11,783 bases of DNA, taken from positions 1-11,783 of the forward strand of contig JAYODI010000125.1 in NCBI GenBank assembly GCA_038279365.1. The letters run 5' to 3'. A program made the position numbers and the translations under genes. The notes beneath the pieces were generated by a model that was not told the origin of the DNA, did not search any database, and was given only the letters and a program-made list of their open reading frames with translations. Shown one piece after another: positions 1 through 7,253 of this stretch; the first letter of the stretch is position 1, and each line of letters starts with the position of its first letter. The DNA comes from Candidatus Latescibacterota bacterium (GTDB lineage Bacteria > Latescibacterota > UBA2968).

Positions 1-50
1 TCCACTTTGAGAGGCATTACAGCGGTCTCATGGGCGCCGTTTTATTTTTT
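1..50 (+). promoter_or_regulatory. Probable leader terminator/attenuator upstream of urtA, truncated by the window edge
   Basis: TCCA(1-4) pairs with TGGG(31-34) and TGAGA(8-12) with TCTCA(26-30). These are followed by CGCCGTT and the T-tract TTTTATTTTTT (40-50), about 90 nt before the urtA ATG. Confidence 0.5.
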
Positions 51-139
51 ATATCAGAAAGGAGGTTGCCAAATACCTCTTTATAAAATAGACAGTTTTT
101 AATGATAGACCAAACCACCATTTTTGTAGGAGATCCATT

Positions 140-1396
140 ATGTTTAAACGTTTTATGCTTTTCACCTGCGCATTGTTATTGGCAACTTCTGCCGTTCAAG
201 CGCAAAAAACAGCCAAAGTCGGCATCTTGCACTCTCTGAGTGGCACCATGGCCATTTCCGAAGTTTCCCTTAAAGATGTTGTGATGATGGCCATTGACGA
301 AATCAACGCATCGGGTGGTGTATTGGGCAAAAAGCTCGAACCCGTTGTTGTTGACCCTGCTTCCGACTGGGATCTCTTTGCCGAAAAAGCAAAGGAATTG
401 CTTGAAAAAGAAAAAGTGGATGTCACATTTGGTTGTTGGACATCCGTTTCTCGCAAATCTGTTTTGCCCGTCTATGAAGAAAAAAAGGGACTGCTCTTCT
501 ACCCTGTGCAATATGAAGGTGAAGAATGCTCACGCAACATCATCTACACAGGTGCAACCCCCAACCAACAGCTCATCCCTGCTGCAGAATATTTGATGAG
601 CAAAGACGGTGGTGGCTTTAAAAAGTTTTATCTCTTGGGCACAGACTATGTCTTCCCACGCACCGCCAACAAAATCTTACGTGCCTTCTTGTTGCACAGT
701 GGCGTGCCTGAAGAAAACATCATGGAAGAATACACACCCTTCCACCACCAAGACTATCAAACCATTGTGCAAAAAATCAAACGTTTTGCAGCCGATGGTG
801 ATGCCGCAGTGCTCTCCACCATCAATGGTGACTCCAATGTGCCATTCTACAAAGAGTTTGCCAACCAAGGTTTGACCTCTGCCATGTGTCCCATTATGGC
901 CTTCTCTGTCGCCGAAGATGAACTGCGCTCCATGGACACCGAATTTCTCGTGGGTCACTTGGCTGCTTGGAACTACTTCCAATCCATTAACACACCAGAA
1001 AACAAAGCCTTTGTGAAAAAGTTTAAAGACTACTGTGCAAAAATGGGCTTGCCTGGTGGTGCACAACGCGTCACAGATGATCCCATCGTGTGGTCTTATG
1101 TGGGTGTTTATTTGTGGAAAAAAGCAGTTGAAAAAGCCGGCTCTTTCGATGTAGACAAAGTACGTCCCGCACTTTACAGCCTCAAATTTGACGGCCCAGG
1201 CGGCACCGTGATGATGGACGGCATGAACCACCACTTGCACAAACCCGTTCTCATCGGTGAAATTCGCAAAGACGGCCAATTCAAAATCGTTTATGAAACC
1301 AAAGGGTTGGTTGCGCCCGATCCTTGGGACGACATCACCAGTGCAGACAAAGACTGTGACCACGTCAACTACATGGGCACATATACCGTTAAGTAA
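140..1396 (+). CDS. urtA: Urea ABC transporter periplasmic substrate-binding protein
   Basis: 418 aa with a signal peptide ending AVQA. UrtA-type motifs: VGILHSLSGTMAISE, FGCWTSVSRK, YPVQYEG, GTDYVFPRTAN, TINGDSN, HLAAWNYF. RBS AGGAG at 128-132. Heads a urt-ure cluster. Confidence 0.95.
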   Translation: MFKRFMLFTCALLLATSAVQAQKTAKVGILHSLSGTMAISEVSLKDVVMMAIDEINASGGVLGKKLEPVVVDPASDWDLFAEKAKELLEKEKVDVTFGCWTSVSRKSVLPVYEEKKGLLFYPVQYEGEECSRNIIYTGATPNQQLIPAAEYLMSKDGGGFKKFYLLGTDYVFPRTANKILRAFLLHSGVPEENIMEEYTPFHHQDYQTIVQKIKRFAADGDAAVLSTINGDSNVPFYKEFANQGLTSAMCPIMAFSVAEDELRSMDTEFLVGHLAAWNYFQSINTPENKAFVKKFKDYCAKMGLPGGAQRVTDDPIVWSYVGVYLWKKAVEKAGSFDVDKVRPALYSLKFDGPGGTVMMDGMNHHLHKPVLIGEIRKDGQFKIVYETKGLVAPDPWDDITSADKDCDHVNYMGTYTVK

Positions 1397-1407
1397 ATCA
1401 GGTTTTA

Positions 1408-1435
1408 TGCGGAGCGTCGAGAGAGACGCTCCGCA
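1408..1435 (+). terminator. Perfect 11-bp stem-loop after urtA (mRNA stabiliser or leaky terminator)
   Basis: TGCGGAGCGTC-gagaga-GACGCTCCGCA. No immediate U-tract follows (acctatcaatttt). Confidence 0.6.
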
Positions 1436-1470
1436 ACCTATCAATTTTAAATTAATTTATGGAGAAAAAG

Positions 1471-2367
1471 ATGAAAAAATGGATAATGAGTATTGCCGCA
1501 GCAGCTTTATTTGCAACACCATCGTTTGCACAAATCAAAGTGACAGATAATTTAAGTGTTACGGGTTTCTTCGACATGTCAACCACCTACAACACAGGCT
1601 CCAAAACCAACACCCTGTCCTTTGACCAATTTGAAATTGATTTCATGTATGAATACGGCATGTTTACCGGACAAGCCGATTTCAACAGCCTCGGCGGGGG
1701 TTCGGTCGATCTTGAACAAGCCTTTGTCACCTATACCTCACCCGGTGGTTTTAGCTTAACAGGTGGTAAATTCCTCAGTTGCTCAGGTTGGGAAACAGCC
1801 GAACCCACAGGTTTGTATCAATACTCTTATTCTGCAACGCTCGTATATGGTGGCTATCAAAACGGTGTAGCTGCAAGCTTTGGCAATGACAAAGTGGGCT
1901 TTTACGGTGCCGTCGTCAGCAGCGTTTGGAATGGTGCCGACACCAGCATGGACGATATGGGTTTTGAAGCACAAATTTCATTTATGCCCGCAGAAGGTAT
2001 TACCGCCAAGGTCGCTTATCTTTGGGAAGACATGGGTGCATTTAATCAATCACTCATCAATGCCTGGGGTATGTATGCCAAAGGTCCTATCACATTGGCC
2101 GCAGAATACAATCACCTCTTAGACTGGGGTGCCAAAGGCAACAACGGTTATGGTTGGATTTTGATGGGCAACATGGGCTTGTCTGACAAAGTTGCCGCCA
2201 CCGTGCGTTACAGTGGTCTCGACACAGACACCACCACAAAATTCACAGAAATCACCTTCAGCCCCAGCTATGTGGTCTCAGACAATGTGGGCATGTTGGC
2301 CGAAATTCGTCGCGACATCGACGCCAAAGTGACCTCATTTGCATTTGAAACCATCCTCTCGTTCTAA
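1471..2367 (+). CDS. Putative outer-membrane beta-barrel porin (BBP2/DUF1597-like), probable urea channel
   Basis: Signal peptide MKKWIMSIAAAALFATPSFA, alternating amphipathic strands, LEQAFVTY and GKFLS..GWE..EP motifs, and a C-terminal Phe. Start placed at 1471 because GGAG (1461-1464) is a well-spaced RBS; the ORF track starts at 1459. Confidence 0.8.
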   Translation: MKKWIMSIAAAALFATPSFAQIKVTDNLSVTGFFDMSTTYNTGSKTNTLSFDQFEIDFMYEYGMFTGQADFNSLGGGSVDLEQAFVTYTSPGGFSLTGGKFLSCSGWETAEPTGLYQYSYSATLVYGGYQNGVAASFGNDKVGFYGAVVSSVWNGADTSMDDMGFEAQISFMPAEGITAKVAYLWEDMGAFNQSLINAWGMYAKGPITLAAEYNHLLDWGAKGNNGYGWILMGNMGLSDKVAATVRYSGLDTDTTTKFTEITFSPSYVVSDNVGMLAEIRRDIDAKVTSFAFETILSF

Positions 2368-2368
2368 A

Positions 2369-2493
2369 TGAATAGACGAATGGACGCACAGCCGCAGGCT
2401 ACAACGAGCGTAGCGAGTAATAGACGCTCTTAGATGATAGGATTCGTTTGATTCGCAGTTTCGCTGATTCGCAGTTTCGCAGTTTCGCAGTTT
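2369..2493. repeat. Convergent octamer tandem arrays, locus 1
   Basis: Left units TGAATAGA, CGAATGGA and an interrupted CG/AATAGA (2369-2426). Right units TTCGCAGT x4 plus TTCGCTGA (2452-2491). Confidence 0.85.
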
Positions 2494-2496
2494 TTT

Positions 2497-2553
2497 TGGG
2501 GGGTGGCCATCCTGATGAGTGCCGGGTTTCCGGTCAGAAACGGTCATCCCCCA
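2497..2553 (+). ncRNA. Structured RNA hairpin carrying hammerhead-core-like sequences (CUGAUGA...GAAAC), no stem I
   Basis: 12-bp outer stem (2497-2508 with 2542-2553, two G-U), CTGATGA at 2512-2518, inner stem GCCGG-gttt-CCGGT (2521-2534), GAAAC at 2537-2541. The hairpin is clear; ribozyme status is not. Confidence 0.4.
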
Positions 2554-2599
2554 TAATTTGTTCTCTCTTTTCCTTGGCGGGGACGGAGTGAATACCTTC

Positions 2600-2633
2600 G
2601 TAGGAATCCTCGTGAGTGTTTCACGCACGAGGA
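2600..2633 (+). repeat. GTAG-type REP-like palindrome
   Basis: GTAG (2600-2603) followed by TCCTCGTG-a-GTG-ttt-CAC-g-CACGAGGA (2607-2633). Confidence 0.5.
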
Positions 2634-2674
2634 CCATATCTAACCATTAAAGCCCAACGCCACGAGATGTGACC

Positions 2675-4321
2675 ATGAAACCACTGATGTATAGTCTCTT
2701 ACTTCTTTTTTTGTCGTTTAATGCTCAAGCACAAGACGGTGCTTTTGACCAACAACAACTATCACTGCTGCGCAGCAATGATGAAGACAATATCGAAGCA
2801 GCTGTTAAAGCCATTGGTCAAAGCGGGCAAATAGCATATTACGACCTAATGAAAGCCTTATTTGGAGGTGAATTATACCTCACCGAACAAGGTCAGTTGG
2901 TTGTTGCTGGCAACACACGTAAAAACGATTATGGCGATACCATTTCGCAACTCAACTCGGCTTATCCTCAAAATACACCCTTGCTCGATGAAACAGGCAA
3001 ACCCATTGAGGTCAACCTTTATGACCTCATCGAAGTAGAAAGCAATCGCCGCATTCGCGCCATTATTCAGCCCTACCTTATACAGATGGAAATTTTTAAT
3101 CCCGATCCGATAAAACGCCGCGTTGCCGCCGAAACATTGGGCAACCAAGGCAACATCAATGCCATACCTACCCTTACCCAAGCCATCGAAAAAGAAACCA
3201 ATAAAGACATCAAAACCTTTATGCAAGTGGCACGTGCCAAATTACAATTGGCCCATACAGATACAAATGTTCGACTCGAAGCAGTCACTGCTTTAGGAGA
3301 ACTAAACGACACATTTGTCTTACCACTATTAGAAACACACGCCAAAACCGAAACCGATCCAGCCGTAAACACGGCGCTCACAGCCTCTATTCAATGGCTC
3401 AAAGAATTTACAGTCATCATGATGGCCGTACAAACAGCCTTTGTAGGTTTAAGTCTCGGTTCCATTCTCATCTTGGTCGCATTGGGTTTGGCCGTTATTT
3501 ACGGGCAAATGGGTGTCATCAATATGGCACACGGCGAATTTATGATGACGGGTGCCTACACCACCTATGTCATTCAAAACATTTGCTTCGCACTCTTGCC
3601 TGCTGCTTACATCGACGTCTTTTTTCCCATCTCCTTGCCACTTGCTTTTGTCATCTCAGGCAGTTTTGGTTTGCTTATCGAACGCCTCATCATTCGCCAT
3701 CTCTACAGTCGCCCACTCGAAAGCTTGCTTGCCACTTGGGGTGTTAGCCTTGTTTTGGTTCAATTGGCACGTAGCATCTTTGGCGATCTTACAGCAGTTA
3801 AGCTGCCCCAATGGCTTAGCGGTGGGTATGCTTTGGCCCCACAAGTTTTATTGCCTTACAACCGCCTCTTTATCATCGTTTTTACACTGCTCATAGTCGT
3901 GGGCCTCATTGCCTTCTTTTACAAAACCAACTTTGGCCTGCGATTACGCGCCGTTACACAAAACCGCAACATGAGTGCCTGCATGGGTGTACCCGTGCGC
4001 AGAGTGGACTCCCTCACCTTTTTTATTGGCACAGGCATTGCCGGTGTGGCCGGCTGGGCGATGACACTCATTGGCAACGTGGTACCTAACATGGGGCAAA
4101 CCTACATTGTTGATGCATTTCTCGTTGTGGTCGTAGGTGGTGTGGGCAAAATCATAGGCACCATTGTTGCCGGATTGGGCATTGGTATTTCCAACAAAGT
4201 GCTCGAACCCTTTGTGGAAGCGGTGTATGCCAAAGTGCTCATACTCGGTTTAATCATCATGTTTTTACAAGCAAACCCCACCGGCATCTTTCCTGCCAAA
4301 GGGAGAAACGAAGACCAATGA
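2675..4321 (+). CDS. urtB: Urea ABC transporter permease with N-terminal HEAT-like repeat periplasmic domain
   Basis: Signal peptide ending AQA, helical repeats (RRVAAETLG, VRLEAVTALG), then the permease motifs GLSLGSILILVALGLAVIYGQMGVINMAHGEF, LYSRPLESLLATWG and YIVDAFLVVVVGGVG. ATG 2675 preferred; in-frame GTG at 2669 is the alternative. Confidence 0.93.
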   Translation: MKPLMYSLLLLFLSFNAQAQDGAFDQQQLSLLRSNDEDNIEAAVKAIGQSGQIAYYDLMKALFGGELYLTEQGQLVVAGNTRKNDYGDTISQLNSAYPQNTPLLDETGKPIEVNLYDLIEVESNRRIRAIIQPYLIQMEIFNPDPIKRRVAAETLGNQGNINAIPTLTQAIEKETNKDIKTFMQVARAKLQLAHTDTNVRLEAVTALGELNDTFVLPLLETHAKTETDPAVNTALTASIQWLKEFTVIMMAVQTAFVGLSLGSILILVALGLAVIYGQMGVINMAHGEFMMTGAYTTYVIQNICFALLPAAYIDVFFPISLPLAFVISGSFGLLIERLIIRHLYSRPLESLLATWGVSLVLVQLARSIFGDLTAVKLPQWLSGGYALAPQVLLPYNRLFIIVFTLLIVVGLIAFFYKTNFGLRLRAVTQNRNMSACMGVPVRRVDSLTFFIGTGIAGVAGWAMTLIGNVVPNMGQTYIVDAFLVVVVGGVGKIIGTIVAGLGIGISNKVLEPFVEAVYAKVLILGLIIMFLQANPTGIFPAKGRNEDQ

Positions 4322-5406
4322 AAAACGCCACCAAACCACTCGTCATTTTTTGTCTATTCGGCATACTGGTTCCTATCCTCAATCACTTTGGCATTGTTTC
4401 AGACAACACCCTCAACCTGTGGGGGCGCTATTGCTGTTTTGCCATTGCGGCCTTAGGAGTTGATCTCATTTGGGGGTATACTGGTATCCTCTCGCTGTGC
4501 CAAGCCTTTTTCTTTTGTTTGGGCGGGTATGCCATTGGCATGCACATGTTGCTCAAAACAGGTACCAAAGGGGTTTATGGCAGTGCCCTACCTGACTTTA
4601 TGGTTTGGAACCAAGTTGAAAATTTGCCCTTATTTTGGGAGCCCTTTCACACCTTTCCCATATCACTTATGATGGTCATTGTCATCCCCGCGCTCATAGC
4701 CTTGGTATTTGGCTATCTCGCATTTCGCAGTCGTCTCAAAGGCGTCTACTTTGCCATCATTACCCAAGCACTTGCATTGGCCATGTGGCTCATCTTTTTG
4801 CGCAACGAAACCATGTTGGGTGGCACAAATGGTCTCACCGACTTTAAAACATTACTCGGTTTTGAACTGTCCGACCCAGCAACCAAACGTGGGCTCTACC
4901 TGGTTGCTTTACTCACACTCTTTGGGGCCTATTATTTTAGCAGATTTATCACCCAATCAAAATTGGGCCGCATCTTGGTGGCCATTCGCGATGGTGAAAT
5001 GCGTTTGCGCTTTATTGGCTATCCCATCACCCATTACAAAGTCTTCATCTTCATGATTGCCAGTATCATGGCGGCCGTTGGGGGCATGCTTTACGTGCCT
5101 CAAACTGGCATCATCACCCCAGGACGCATGGATGTGCAAGCCTCCATCGAAATGGTTGTTTGGACAGCCGTTGGGGGGCGCGGTACACTCATTGGTCCCA
5201 TCATTGGCGCCATCCTCATCAACCTCTTATACAGCTTCTTAACAGGGGCATTTCCTGGCACGTGGTTATACTTTTTAGGCTTTCTCTTTATCGGTGTGGT
5301 GCTCTTTTTTCCCGATGGCGTAACAGGCCTTTGGGCACGTGCAAAAGCGCTTTGGGCTTCCAAAACGAATGAAACCACCAAATCAGAACCCGCATTGGAA
5401 AAATAA
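4318..5406 (+). CDS. urtC: Urea ABC transporter permease
   Basis: Motifs DLIWGYTGILSL, LPDFMVWN, FRSRLKGVYFAIITQA, GGTNGLTDFK, SIEMVVWTAVGGRGTL. ATGA overlap with the urtB stop indicates translational coupling. Confidence 0.95.
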   Translation: MKNATKPLVIFCLFGILVPILNHFGIVSDNTLNLWGRYCCFAIAALGVDLIWGYTGILSLCQAFFFCLGGYAIGMHMLLKTGTKGVYGSALPDFMVWNQVENLPLFWEPFHTFPISLMMVIVIPALIALVFGYLAFRSRLKGVYFAIITQALALAMWLIFLRNETMLGGTNGLTDFKTLLGFELSDPATKRGLYLVALLTLFGAYYFSRFITQSKLGRILVAIRDGEMRLRFIGYPITHYKVFIFMIASIMAAVGGMLYVPQTGIITPGRMDVQASIEMVVWTAVGGRGTLIGPIIGAILINLLYSFLTGAFPGTWLYFLGFLFIGVVLFFPDGVTGLWARAKALWASKTNETTKSEPALEK

Positions 5407-5445
5407 TCGCCACAAACCATCATTGACCATCAATTTGGAAACGCC

Positions 5446-6192
5446 ATGACAGAAGTACTCTTACATGTAAAAGACCTCACCGTCTCCTTCGAAGGATTTG
5501 TAGCCCTTAACTTGAGTGAGTTTTCTTTGCGAGAAAATGAACTGCGCGTGGTCATTGGTCCCAATGGCGCAGGAAAAACCACCTTTCTCGACGTCATTTG
5601 TGGCAAAACAAAACCCGATAGTGGACGCGTTCGTTTTCAAAACATTGAAATATCTCGCCTCCCTGAAAATGAAATTGTAGACATTGGCATTGGACGCAAA
5701 TTTCAAACCCCATCGGTCTTCACATCGCTCTCCGTGTACGAAAACCTCATGCTCGCCATGAAAACCGACCGCAGCGTCATAGCATCACTCTTTGCCAAAA
5801 TCAGCAACGAAGATCGCACCCACATCGAAAAGGTTGCCGAGCAAACGGGTCTTCACGAATACCTACAAAAAGAAGCCGGTTCTCTCTCACACGGCCAAAA
5901 ACAATGGCTCGAAATTGCCATGGTCATCTTACAAGACCCCAAACTCTTTCTCGTAGATGAACCCGCCGCTGGCATGACCGACGAAGAAACCTATAAAACC
6001 GGCGAACTCCTCGAACGCCTGTCTGAAGACCGCGCCATTATTGTCATTGAACACGACATGGAATTTGTGCGTCAAATAGCCCGCACCGTTACCGTGCTTC
6101 ACGAAGGCCAGTTGCTCGTTGAAGGCCCCATGCAACAAGTCCAAAACGATCCCCGTGTGATTGAGTGTTATTTGGGCAGTGCACAACATTAA
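5446..6192 (+). CDS. urtD: Urea ABC transporter ATP-binding protein
   Basis: Walker A GPNGAGKTT, GIGRKFQTPSVF, signature LSHGQKQWLEI, Walker B VDEP, TVLHEG. Confidence 0.95.
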   Translation: MTEVLLHVKDLTVSFEGFVALNLSEFSLRENELRVVIGPNGAGKTTFLDVICGKTKPDSGRVRFQNIEISRLPENEIVDIGIGRKFQTPSVFTSLSVYENLMLAMKTDRSVIASLFAKISNEDRTHIEKVAEQTGLHEYLQKEAGSLSHGQKQWLEIAMVILQDPKLFLVDEPAAGMTDEETYKTGELLERLSEDRAIIVIEHDMEFVRQIARTVTVLHEGQLLVEGPMQQVQNDPRVIECYLGSAQH

Positions 6193-6196
6193 AGGC

Positions 6197-6311
6197 CGAA
6201 TAGGAGAATAGGCGAATAGACGAATATACGAAAACCTTGCAACATACTTTGAGTAGAAGGATTCGCAGTTTCGTTGATTCGCAGTTTCGCAGTTTCGCAG
6301 TTTCGCAGTTT
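6197..6311. repeat. Convergent octamer tandem arrays, locus 2
   Basis: Left units CGAATAGG AGAATAGG CGAATAGA CGAATATA CGAAAACC (6197-6236). Right units TTCGCAGT x5 plus TTCGTTGA (6262-6309). 6260-6303 matches 2450-2493 at 43 of 44 nt. Confidence 0.9.
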
Positions 6312-6337
6312 CCTTTTTCCATTTCTTCGAGGTTTCC

Positions 6338-7060
6338 ATGAACGCCACCGCAAATAAAACCCTCCTCACTGTAGAAGACTTAGATGTCTATTACGGTGAA
6401 AGTCGCATCTTACGCGATGTCAAACTCGACATCACACAAGGTTCTATTATTGCCGTGATGGGCCGCAATGGCGTAGGCAAAACAACCCTCATGAAAGCCA
6501 TTATGGGTTTGTTGCCTGCGCGCAAAGGACACATCCATCTCAATGGCGAGAACATCACCCAATGGACACCTGATCTAAGAGCCCGAGCAGGCATTGGCAT
6601 TGTGCCACAAGGCCGCGAAATCTTCTCCAAATTATCAGTGCTCGAAAATCTACAGATAGGTCTTGAAGCACGCACCGATGGCCTCAAAACCATCCCCGAA
6701 GATTTGATCTACAGTCTCTTTCCTGTATTATCCGACATGAAACACAGAGCGGGTGGCAACCTCAGTGGGGGGCAACAACAACAACTCGCCATTGCACGTG
6801 CCCTTGTGGGTGATCCAGACATCCTCATCCTCGACGAGCCCACCGAAGGCATTCAACCTTCGATCATTCTTGAAATTGAAAAAATACTCTTGCGTCTCAA
6901 AGACGAAAGTGACCTCACCATCATTCTCGTTGAACAATATTTCGACTTTGCCCGACAAATTGCCGACTACTTTTATCTTATGGATCGTGGCAGCATAGCC
7001 CTACATGGCGCAGCAGAAGACTTGTCGGATGAAAGCATCAAAAAATACCTCACCTTTTAA
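6338..7060 (+). CDS. urtE: Urea ABC transporter ATP-binding protein
   Basis: Walker A GRNGVGKTT, VPQGREIF, signature LSGGQQQQLAIARAL, LDEPTEGIQPSII, LVEQYFDFA. RBS GAGG upstream. Confidence 0.95.
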   Translation: MNATANKTLLTVEDLDVYYGESRILRDVKLDITQGSIIAVMGRNGVGKTTLMKAIMGLLPARKGHIHLNGENITQWTPDLRARAGIGIVPQGREIFSKLSVLENLQIGLEARTDGLKTIPEDLIYSLFPVLSDMKHRAGGNLSGGQQQQLAIARALVGDPDILILDEPTEGIQPSIILEIEKILLRLKDESDLTIILVEQYFDFARQIADYFYLMDRGSIALHGAAEDLSDESIKKYLTF

Positions 7061-7078
7061 AATCGTTTACAAGACGCC

Positions 7079-7153
7079 CACGAAGGTAGAAGAGCGTTCC
7101 ATGATCAGTATTTCTTTTTGAGCTGATGATAGAACGCTATTTCTGCTTGTGTG
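7079..7153 (+). other. Long imperfect stem-loop between urtE and the urease genes
   Basis: 7079-7109 pairs with 7122-7153: 28 pairs by hand count (5 G-U), 3 mismatches, 1 bulge, 12-nt loop. Confidence 0.7.
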
Positions 7154-7228
7154 AAACCAAAATTTCACAAAAACGAAACCACTGCGAAACACATGACCTG
7201 TATCTTGGTCACCATTAAAATTCTCAAA

Positions 7229-7245
7229 CGCGCACAACAAAGGAC
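7229..7245 (+). promoter_or_regulatory. 17-bp RBS-containing block, copy 1
   Basis: CGCGCACAACAAAGGAC ends 8 nt before the ATG at 7254. Identical to 10642-10658. Confidence 0.75.
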
Positions 7246-7253
7246 GACGCATT

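Noticed and set aside
677-1444. 255-aa antisense ORF and the other nested or antisense ORFs in the track
   Set aside because: They are shadows of well-supported + strand genes and show no recognisable motifs.
2450-2493. Repeat arrays (also 6260-6311 and 9776-9949) as CRISPR arrays
   Set aside because: Units are 7-8 bp and contiguous with no unique spacers. The 31-bp repeat has only two copies separated by 15 bp of the same heptamers. No cas genes are present.
2335-2637. Minus-strand 100-aa ORF, and ORFs 5929-6369 and 6089-6322, sharing the peptide KLRNCETANQRNCES
   Set aside because: The shared peptide is simply the translation of the octamer array. The ORFs are antisense to the operon and overlap real genes.
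2675-3400. HEAT-like N-terminal domain of UrtB as a novel fusion
   Set aside because: Long N-terminal periplasmic extensions of this kind are common in UrtB proteins of about 500-550 aa.
7150-7169. CRP or GlnR/TnrA box
   Set aside because: Half-site spacing is 10 nt, not 6 or 7. Kept only as an unassigned palindrome.
7123-7190. Second hammerhead (CTGATGA at 7123-7129 with GAAAC at 7153, 7175 or 7186) or a fluoride riboswitch
   Set aside because: No stem II closes next to a GAAA, no stem III or NUH register fits, and CTGAT is buried in the long hairpin. The GGCGAUG-type 5' motif of the fluoride riboswitch is absent.
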